NCBI RefSeq assembly: GCF_023055435.1 | Contig: NW_025963784.1 | Location: 62,001 to 126,000 of the forward strand | DNA: 64,000 nucleotides | Direction of reading: 5' to 3' | Origin: Haliotis rufescens | Taxonomy: Eukaryota | Part shown: piece by piece, positions 53,416 through 64,000 of the stretch | How the letters are laid out: every line of letters starts with the position of its first letter | Position numbering within the stretch: position 1 is the stretch's first letter | Translations under genes and position numbers: made by a program | Notes under the pieces: generated by a model | The model's database searches: none | Told to the model about the DNA's origin: nothing | The model's input: the letters and a program-made list of their open reading frames with translations, nothing else

Positions 53416-55374
53416 ATTGTTGATTCACGTAGATTAGCAGTCACCGGCATATGCTACAGTCAACTTACAACCGATTTTCAGATCGCAGATCGCGGAGTTC
53501 GGACTTTAGGATTTCATATCAGGCTGATGGGTATGGGTAAAATAGGCCGGTGATGATGCAGGTGAAGGGACAAGAAGTAGTCCTGAAACGTCGTTACAAA
53601 TAATAGAGAAATAGTGATCTCATGTCTGTCTTCTTGTAGGCTATTCAACAAGTCATATCGATATTTGTCCTTTCTTGGCCATTTATCATGTTCAGGTGCA
53701 GTAAATAATAAACCTGTTTATGTTGCCTTATGTTCAATGAAGTCATATTGTAAATTGACATTGGGATGGTTTTATATCCAAGTTGTTGACGCGTTGGCAC
53801 AACACAACGAAGATCCAGTTAAAATTCCCATCAAGGGAACAATGTCTGACGTCATGTGTCTCTCGTCGTGTAATTGAATAAGGCTCCGTGTGCCACAAAC
53901 GAATATTATATTTAGGCTAAAGAGTGGCAATGGTGATTGGGATTATTAAAGGTTGTGTTTACTTCGATAATAATTTGTCATAAACCTGGTTTAATACTTT
54001 TAATTCATCCAGAGATATTGACCCCTAGATTCAACCAAAATGAGCTGATTCCTTTTATAGCTACCATTTCACTACTTGGTGTATTCAGTTCACTTGTTCA
54101 TTCGTCTCCTTCATCAGCTCAGGTGTAGATGAGCCTGTCGTCCTCATTTTCCTTATCAGCAATACACAGTATACAAGAACCATTAAATACATCCCATCAC
54201 ATTTCCTTCGAGGTTACGATTACAAATGCTTCTGTCTTCAGTCTATGTTACAGACAATAACTGAATAAATACTAAAATAGCCAACTAATAGTATACACAT
54301 TCAGATATCATCCGACCTAATGTCTTCAGGGGTTTGCACATAATATTTTCGGCTCAAAGCAATATTACCAAGGAATACGATATGTATAAATCGGCATGTG
54401 CAGGAATCTGACACTGGTATATGATACATTAAAAGTGAACCTTGTTTAAACCGATCGATTACGATAAAAATCCTTCATCCGAAAATCCGAACAAGGCTAT
54501 AAATACATGTCGCTGTAGGAACTGTTCATACCGGAATGTACACATTGTGTCAGGGCTATCCGGGGAGGTTGGTTGTCTATATAGTGTCATACTCAAGTTG
54601 ATCACAGTACGTAGGAACAATTATGTTGCTGTGCTGATACAGAAATGATATACTATGAATTACATATGTCAGTAGCGGGGTGTATGCATTTTAACGTGCT
54701 ACATTCATTTGAAAAGTTGAAGAAGAAATGAGGGCAAATATGAGCAATGATCTGGATTGGGATATTGAGGAAATGATATGATACGTTGTTATCTACATTC
54801 ACATGTCTAATCATATAAGTGTTCACTAAAACACTTAAACTGGTTTAATTGTCGATAGTGCATAAGATAATCAGGCAGGGATCAATACGTCGGGTACAAA
54901 TGACTTCCGCCAGAATATATACAAATGATATCTCACTGAGATATGAGTACATAACAAAGAACGTCCTTTGAACTAATAGTCTGATTGAACCGTCTTCTGC
55001 TTGATTGATGTCGATGTGCATGGGAAGCAGCTCATCACTTCACATCTACTCCCGAAACATCCCGCAAAGACTGATGGAGCATGTGTAGACAAAAGCAAAA
55101 GAAATCCTTTTCGTAATTATAAAAGAAAATCTGCTAAAACTTCATCATTATCAACCGATTGTGCAGGTTGCAAAGAGGAATGTGTAAAATGGTTATTGTA
55201 TAGGACAATGTCCCATTATCCCAGCTAAACTCAATTTTATATGGCTACGATATCGTACCCACGATACACAGGCGAAGTGAGCATCAGAACAATTGGTTGG
55301 ATGGGGGGGGGGGGGGGGGGGGGGGGGTTGGTGGGTGCGTGCGTGCGTGCGTGCGAGTGTTGCTGCTTGTAATA

Positions 55375-55628
55375 GTCCGGACTGATGCCGATTTATAGTG
55401 CAAGCTCAGTGAGATACCATGCCGCAGTTTAACATGAATACCCCACTCAGACACAGTATACTGACTCCGAGCCTACCAGTCCTTGTTTTATCCCATAATG
55501 CCGAGCGCCAGACAGGGTAACAAACTAGTACCATATTTTAACGTCTTTTGGTATGACGCGGCCGGGGATCGTACGCCGGACCTTCCGCTCTCCGGGCGGA
55601 CGCTCCACCACAAGACCAAGGAGGCGGT
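55375..55628 (-). mobile_element. tRNA-derived SINE with conserved central domain
   Basis: Minus strand has a tRNA-like head, then CGTCATACCAAAAGACGTTAAAA..CCCTGTCTGGCGCTCGGCATTA; degenerate relatives near 1580-1695, 2310-2480, 23620-23775. Confidence 0.7.
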
Positions 55629-57602
55629 TGTTATATTTAGGAGGTAGACTGTGCGTTCAGTTCCAAATTCAATTTTGCGCAGTTAAATCTAAGGTAAACT
55701 AGCCCTTCAATGTAAAAACAGTATGTTTATCTCCATTCTACCATATAAGCATATAAGGACGGCAACTTGGGAAGCTAACATGAGTTGAGCATCCCTAGAG
55801 AAAACTAAGCAAGCTTTGCAAGGCTTTTGTTCTACACCGCATGCCACCATTATGAAGTCATATCGTTCATTGTGACGCAAAACATATGACGTCACAGTCG
55901 TACATAGAAAAGCGCCAAATTCTAAGCTCTCTGTTGTCTCAAAAACTTAAATAGTTCTCTTTGTAGATTTCTATCGTCTTTTCTGCGCTAAATGTATTGG
56001 CACACACACTCTGTTTATTTTAGCAGCCGCAAGTTTGCATTTTGTAACCTGTAATTGTAGATGTTATTATTTAAATATGCCTACCGACAATGACCATGAA
56101 TATTAGCTTCCGTGGTGATGCGACCGTCAAACAAGCTGTTTCAATCAGAGGGTTTTTCTTGTGATTTAATAGCCTTTGACTGACCCATCAGAATCGAGTA
56201 ATTTACAAAATGATGGTAGAATTACTAATATAATGATTATCATTATAAAATGGGAATGATATTTGTACACCATGATAAGATATTCTGATCTACTTACGTT
56301 GTGTAACCGAAAACTCTTTCTTTCAAATAACCAGCAGCCAATCATCAGACGTTAAAATGAAATCTTTCCACTATGCATCGTTAACAATGCTGGCCCCCAT
56401 TCACCATTTGTTTCTGAGATGAATACGCGAATTTTTTGTATACATTTGACCTCCTGAGCATGGCACTGTTGGTGAAGTGTTAGAACCTATCCCAATTTCA
56501 CATCAAACCTCTCTTATCACATACATCACCCACTACATAGCACAATCTGCCATTTTCGTTGTTACATGGTTTTAACATGCCTCCAGTGTGCACTAATATA
56601 CAAAGAAAATCGTAGATAATACATATTCAGTAATGTCAATGTGGGTTTGTGATAGCTGACGAAAAAGGGAGGTAACTCTATCGACTCTGTTTCCAGATTT
56701 TCGAACATGGATAGGGAAATGAGACAAATCCATATACACTTAGTGTAAAGTAGTAAGACTGGGACGCATGTTTATACAGGCACAGATACACATTGCACAA
56801 TATTGATTCTGTATAACACCTTGTACACAGGAGGTAGATGATAATAATGTCCAAATTTGTAGGTTGATGTCACGTCCAATCAGCATATTTTCTTCATCTC
56901 TTTTGATACATAAGGAACATATGTGCGACAATCATGTGGCTTAGAAAACAGGAAACATACTGACGCACGCACGCACGGACACGGGACAAAATATACAGTT
57001 TCTTTTTCTGTCAGCTCGTATTGCTGATTAGGAATGTCAAATGGATAACAAGTAATTTCTTCAGGTGTATAAGCGTAAAATATACAGAAAGGATTGTGTA
57101 GATATTTGTGCTTGTCAAACTTTTTTTTGCACACAAAATCTTTCTCCGCACAACGGCTCTTTAGGTGAAACTTTAACGGGGTATAGGCGACGCCCAGCAG
57201 TATTTGTGACGTCATTTTATATGTATAAATAGATCAACGTTGAGCGCGTCAAATCGGGTCACACAGCCAGTCGTCTATCGGCTGTGTAAACATATCATTC
57301 TGAATGACTTAACCATATACAGACACTTATATATTCAGGGCATGTCCTCTTTATCATGTGTCGGTGTACTCTCTTCAGACATAAAAAAGTTATATACGAC
57401 CTTACTATATAAAAACATTACAAATAATCATTTCGGTAGCAAACTATTTTCTATGTACTTAATCTAAATTTTTTAATAAACATTCAACAGTAATATCAGC
57501 CTTGTAACTATATCTGCTTGTGGCTAGTGACCTCATTCGTATGGTATGCGGAGATAAAATCACGCAGATATCCCCGACGCTTCGCCACTGAGGCCTATGC
57601 TT

Positions 57603-57750
57603 NNNNNNNNNNNNNNNNNNNNNNNNNNNNNNNNNNNNNNNNNNNNNNNNNNNNNNNNNNNNNNNNNNNNNNNNNNNNNNNNNNNNNNNNNNNNNNNNNN
57701 NNNNNNNNNNNNNNNNNNNNNNNNNNNNNNNNNNNNNNNNNNNNNNNNNN
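57603..57750. other. Assembly gap
   Basis: Run of N. Confidence 1.
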
Positions 57751-58957
57751 ACAGGAAATAAATAGTAAAGTATAAATAGGTTTGTGGGGAACTCCATGCC
57801 AGTATGTTTCATCCAGTATGGGTGTCAGCGGGCTCCTAATTGTCGCTCTGCATGTTCTCGTGTTTAGAGCTAAGTGTTTGTAATTTTCTTTAATATTCAA
57901 ACCGGAAGACAATCTTTTCATAAGTATCAATCGTGGAAAAATATGCATTTCATTTGAATAAATATTATGGTTCAACAATAGTGTCAACTCCCCAGAGGGA
58001 CAGGTAAAACAATGTGAACTCTCCCTACCTCATATTGGCTTTCTATTGTGTAAGCCACACTCTATAAGTACACAAAATAATGAGGCTGTTATATAATTAT
58101 TAACACGTTATAATGTTAAAATTTTCCCAAATAGTTACCCTGCAAAGCCCTGCACTGGTCTTCTATCACTGCCCCCCACGTGAGACGTATATAATCCATG
58201 TTCGGGGCCGTCATGTTTGTTCAGATTCATATATACGATCACATCAGTACAAATAAACTTGGAGAAATTGCTTCGCATCAAGATATAGTTTTATTGGATG
58301 TGCTTTTATTGACATATGTATTGATTATTTCCATGTCCACTGCAAAACATGCTTTAATGCGTACTTTACAACTGTCACGTGTCTGTGTACATGCATGTTT
58401 ATATATTATTTTCTCTATGTCATTTTGGTGACTTCAGACTATTAGTCTGGTCTCTTGTTATGGTCAGGTATAAAGACGCTTTCTCTGATAACAGACATAG
58501 CTGTGCAGACTGTTTAATTATTCATATAATTGTGAACACCCGATGTCATCACTGATGTTCAGTGATCCTTCTACATGTATCATTCATCCTCATCCTGCCT
58601 CTTTACGCCAAATGGAATCTGTTTCGGCAGCTAATCGAGACTGGTTATTCTCTGGTGTTCACGTCTTATATTTAAATGTGTAACTTTTTAACATATGAAT
58701 AATTACAGCACGTATAGATCATGATCTGATTTGTTACATGAGATCGCAATAAATTCTTCACTAATGGGATAAAATCTACCGATTTAGACATATTTGCCCT
58801 CATAGCATTGCGCTATCGCGTGTTGTCTGTGATAAACACAAACGAATACTCTTGACCTACTCAAAGGGAGTTTCCTCCTTCAGTCAATGGGCTGACAGTG
58901 GCCCACATTGTTTATCACAGATGTTGAATGGCATCCCATGCGTGAATACAGTCACGG

Positions 58958-59030
<73 letters not shown>

Positions 59031-60266
59031 GAGCACTAAGTGACATAGAAACAGGAAATAAATAGTAAAGTATAAATAGGTTTGTGGGGAACTCCATGCC
59101 AGTATGTTTCATCCAGTATGGGTGTCAGCGGGCTCCTAATTGTCGCTCTGCATGTTCTCGTGTTTGAGAGCTAAGTGTTTGTAATTTTCTTTAATATTCA
59201 AACCGGAAGACAATCTTTTCATAAGTATCAATCGTGGAAAAATATGCATTTCATTTGAATAAATATTATGGTTCAACAATAGTGTCAACTCCCCAGAGGG
59301 ACAGGTAAAACAATGTGAACTCTCCCTACCTCATATTGGCTTTCTATTGTGTAAGCCACACTCTATAAGTAGACAAAATAATGAGGCTGTTATATAATTA
59401 TTAACACGTTATAATGTTAAAATTTTCCCAAATAGTTACCCTGCAAAGCCCTGCACTGGTCTTCTATCACTGCCCCCCACGTGAGACGTATATAATCCAT
59501 GTTCGGGGCCGTCATGTTTGTTCAGATTCATATATACGATCACATCAGTACAAATAAACTTGGAGAAATTGCTTCGCATCAAGATATAGTTTTATTGGAT
59601 GTGCTTTTATTGACATATGTATTGATTATTTCCATGTCCACTGCAAAACATGCTTTAATGCGTACTTTACAACTGTCACGTGTCTGTGTACATGCATGTT
59701 TATATATTATTTTCTCTATGTCATTTTGGTGACTTCAGACTATTAGTCTGGTCTCTTGTTATGGTCAGGTATAAAGACGCTTTCTCTGATAACAGACATA
59801 GCTGTGCAGACTGTTTAATTATTCATATAATTGTGAACACCCGATGTCATCACTGATGTTCAGTGATCCTTCTACATGTATCATTCATCCTCATCCTGCC
59901 TCTTTACGCCAAATGGAATCTGTTTCGGCAGCTAATCGAGACTGGTTATTCTCTGGTGTTCACGTCTTATATTTAAATGTGTAACTTTTTAACATATGAA
60001 TAATTACAGCACGTATAGATCATGATCTGATTTGTTACATGAGATCGCAATAAATTCTTCACTAATGGGATAAAATCTACCGATTTAGACATATTTGCCC
60101 TCATAGCATTGCGCTATCGCGTGTTGTCTGTGATAAACACAAACGAATACTCTTGACCTACTCAAAGGGAGTTTCCTCCTTCAGTCAATGGGCTGACAGT
60201 GGCCCACATTGTTTATCACAGATGTTGAATGGCATCCCATGCGTGAATACAGTCACGGAATGAGAG

Positions 60267-60330
<64 letters not shown>

Positions 60331-60712
60331 ACTAAGTGACATAGAAACAGGAAATAAATAGTAAAGTATAAATAGGTTTGTGGGGAACTCCATGCCAGTA
60401 TGTTTCATCCAGTATGGGTGTCAGCGGGCTCCTAATTGTCGCTCTGCATGTTCTCGTGTTTGAGAGCTAAGTGTTTGTAATTTTCTTTAATATTCAAACC
60501 GGAAGACAATCTTTTCATAAGTATCAATCGTGGAAAAATATGCATTTCATTTGAATAAATATTATGGTTCAACAATAGTGTCAACTCCCCAGAGGGACAG
60601 GTAAAACAATGTGAACTCTCCCTACCTCATATTGGCTTTCTATTGTGTAAGCCACACTCTATAAGTACACAAAATAATGAGGCTGTTATATAATATAATA
60701 TAATAACGGAAT

Positions 60713-60782
<70 letters not shown>

Positions 60783-60803
60783 CATAGAAACAGGAAATAA
60801 ATA
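57751..60803 (+). repeat. About 1.3-kb near-identical tandem repeat (units start at 57751, 59051, 60347 partial), each ending in (GA)n
   Basis: Units differ by a few bases; (GA)n at about 58961-59032, 60262-60329, 60713-60780. Confidence 0.9.
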
Positions 60804-60849
60804 TGCAAACAATGAACTCGTTAGTTTCTAATAATTAAAATTCACCTAC

Positions 60850-60891
60850 CCGATACCCAAATCCGGACCAGCAGGAGACATAATTCCCCAT
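60850..60891 (-). pseudogene. Orphan type C first exon MGNYVSCWSGFGYR, with TATA and kB-like GGGGATTTAC (60977-60986)
   Basis: Duplicate of 48956-48997; downstream exons are replaced by the 1.3-kb repeat in this assembly. Confidence 0.6.
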
Positions 60892-63036
60892 TGTCGGCTC
60901 TGTACATACGTTTTACCCTCTGCTGTGGAGATCTGCTGTCCGTTCAATCGCTCGCTATTTATGAAGGCTTTGTGAAGGGGATTTACCTTCAAACTTCAAA
61001 CATTTCATGAAGATTTTTCTGCAGAATGTTTCCTTCGCAAAAAATAAATTTGAAAAGGACCACATTGTATTATATCCAGGAAATACTCAATGGGAAAAAA
61101 TTACGAGTTGAATGGGCTTGAAAACATGTAGAGGTACAGATCTAGAAGAGGGAACAATAGTGGTGGTGTGGATTGGCATACTGGGGAAATGATACAATAA
61201 TGTTGTTAACCAAATTAAGCTGTGTCGTCATGTAAGTGAGCACCAACACACTTGAAGGTTGTCCTTTTCAATAGTACACAATATAAGATGAACACAAAAA
61301 GGTGAGTAAGTCAGTTCGCATTGAGAGCTCAATGGGATATAACAACATAGCGATTGGCTTAAATTCAATCAAGGTTCGGCATCATAGGCCTGATCAAGGC
61401 ATTCCAGAAATAGGAAATTAGGTAGATTTTTTTACGAAATATGACATGCTGCCTTTGAAAGTTATTTTCAATTCTATCCCATACTATGACCTTTACAGGG
61501 AGATTTCACACCTCCTCACTCCCTTACTTAAATGGATCGGGTGGTCATGCTTGGTGACTTGGTTGACAGCGTGGCGTAGTAACCCGACGACGTGAATCAT
61601 TGCTCATGATAGTGATCCCTGGATTCTTTGGCCGATACTTTACAGGCCACCGTGATATGTCAGGAGTATTGCTGGTGGCGGCATTTTGCAACAACAAATA
61701 GCTTTTATTAAATTTGTGAGAGTGGCGGTTGCTTCTGGTAGAGCATTACATGCTAATCATTCTGTGGATTACCTGGTGTCATCGCTGATTTTCATTGATT
61801 CATTCATTTACTTCTCATCACTATTTTGATCTTTTCCATGCATAAAGAAAGTGACAGTAATTCAAGCTTCTTTATAATTGAGATCATTACTTGTAATTGT
61901 GTCATTCGAATTCTTTATCAAGCTAGTTGTAGAATCTAAAAGGGTATATTATTGAATACATAAAATCGGATTTTCGAAACAACTAGAATTTTTACCACTA
62001 CAAATCTGTTGCAATGGTGCATAGATATGAGTGCAGTCACAACTTTATTTACGCATGTTTCGTCATAACGCCAATCTTTTCCGCTATCCCTTTGCAGTCA
62101 GCATGCAAAAGCTTTCACATATTATCCTACGATAGTTGTCTAAATGTTTTATGGTAAAAGTGTAGAGGACTGGTTAGGATAATCATTTCCCTGTCTGTGA
62201 CGGGTGCCAGTGGGACAGGATACCTTTTCGCAAACTTCTGGTATCATCTCTATTTGATTTCATACCTGAGAACCACTACAGCCCATCACCAGTATTTGCA
62301 AACTTCAAACCAGGAAATATTCTTACAAATAGAATACAGCTACTATAGAAAGTAAAACAAAAATTGTCGTCCATAATCAATCAGCAAGATTCTACGACCG
62401 GCAAACCCTTGTGAAATTGTTCCAAATAAGAGACAACAGATAAACAGCTCATTTGGAACAACATAACACAAATATTTTGACTGTTCAATCGTGACGGGAC
62501 ACTGTAAAATCAAATCATATTGTGAGACGCAATTATGTCTCCGGATTTTCGGATTACGGATCACGTTTAGGGTGCATGTAATCATCCCTCGCTAGTTCTT
62601 CCTCAAATATCACAAGAGACAGAAAGACAAGTTATTACAAAAGGCATCACAGCTATTTATTAAAAGCATTTATTCTCAACACATACAAATAGAATCACAC
62701 TGTATTACAAACGGAAAAGATATTAATGTTCAAATGAAGAGTGTTCAGTGTGCAACTTGAGGATACAGAAATCATTCAGGTCAGTCAGGATCCCAAATTA
62801 TCTACATAAGCCTCAGTGAACCTAGCATCTCGACTCGATATTTCAAAGCGGGAACCCAATCAATCAATGATAACTGTACATGAGAAGAGTGTTCGCTCGT
62901 ACGAGAGAACATAAATGTAGACATGATTTCTCTGTATGTTGTCGGGGAAACTCAGTGAAGCATTACTTATATACCCACTCGTGTATTCACAGCGTAAAGC
63001 AACACAGCGTCAGGTGAAAACAGCTCTCCGACTTGA

Positions 63037-63934
63037 TTACACGGATACAGTGGACGGTCCCTGAAGGATGTTGAGAATGTCCTCCCACGCAATGGTACAC
63101 CTGTCATTGCAACTCCACAGTGCTCTGACAAGGACCAGGCTGGTTGCAGTTCTCCCGTTCTTCTCCTTCCACTTTGTAAGCATGTGTACAACTTGCATGT
63201 ATAGTGAACATGGATGTGCGAAAGTCACTTGTTCGATAACCACTAGAGTAAGTCCAAGTTCGATGCCAACAGACTCGAACCCGATCCCGATGTGACTTGC
63301 AACAAGGCTGAGATCTCGTCCAGATACAGGAATATCCAGCATCTCTTCATTTACAGCATATGCTTGGTTCGGGTGTCTTGGCCCTACAACATTAAACTCA
63401 CAATAAACTACCTATTTACTTGTGTACATTTGTTTGATAGATTATGTTACAACATTCGGTTCACATTCATTATACCAAATTAGCTTTATCAAACAAAAAG
63501 GTATGGTACATACATAAAGTAACGTAAACAGAAATCATTTGGTACACATAGAACTAAACTTCCTGAAAGACAAGCAGATTGTTTAAATTCAATAAAACTA
63601 AAACATCAAACTAAAAGGCGACTATGCTTGTCGTAGGAGGCGACTAACAGGATCGGGTGGTAAGGCTCGCTAACATGTTTGTTGCATGTCATCGTATCCC
63701 AATTGCGTAGATCGATACTCCTGATGTTAATCGCTGGATTGTCTGGTCCAGACTCGATTATTTAAAGATCGCCGTCATATAGCTGGAATATTGCTGAGTG
63801 CGACATTAAACAACAAACAAACAAAAAAACAAGCAAACAAAATAGCGAACAATGTAATGTAACGTACTTGTAACTCTCTCTGTCAGATTGGGTTCATTTT
63901 GGCAGTTTATCGAGTTCTCTGAGTTGGACAGTCT
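63037..63934 (-). CDS. Death-domain-only protein, type B, exons 2-3 (63934-63868, 63383-63037); exon 1 expected beyond the window
   Basis: Open frame; paralogous to 52152-53035 with the same splice sites. Confidence 0.8.
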
Positions 63935-64000
63935 CTGGAATCGAATAAACACAGTTTCAAACACAATTGATACCTACACCATCATAGCACTAAACTAATA

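Larger units (their letters stand above)
60803..64000 (+). repeat. Segmental duplicate of about 48909-53100
   Basis: Colinear from ATGCAAACAATGA through type C exon 1 to type B exons 3 and 2, with internal indels. Confidence 0.85.

Noticed and set aside
55303-55327. Long poly-G run as a G-quadruplex element
   Set aside because: Next to a microsatellite and a SINE tail; poly-G is also a common sequencing artefact.

Overview
AT-rich animal genomic DNA with spliced genes, tRNA-derived SINEs, microsatellites and two N gaps. The SINE types suggest a gastropod mollusc such as abalone (inference). The window is a tandemly duplicated, birth-and-death cluster of two gene types. (1) A + strand multi-exon gene in two copies (3202-10211 damaged; 24001-38122 nearly intact). 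It joins a CG-1(CAMTA)-like DNA-binding domain, a Ulp1/C48-type cysteine protease domain, a helical region resembling the post-NTPase part of molluscan STAND-ankyrin receptors, and a very large ankyrin array (21 vs 67 exact 99-bp units) whose variation is concentrated at binding-surface positions. (2) A - strand family of small three-exon death-domain-only genes whose 42-nt first exon encodes MGNxxSC (predicted N-myristoylation plus palmitoylation). There are three complete intact copies, one copy running off the window, three damaged copies and two orphan first exons. All six first exons have an NF-kB-type site 86-109 bp upstream of the ATG, and an unexplained CGGATTTTCGGA motif recurs across the cluster. 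Gene models were assembled by hand from GT/AG sites and reading phase; domain names rest on motif recognition, not database searches.
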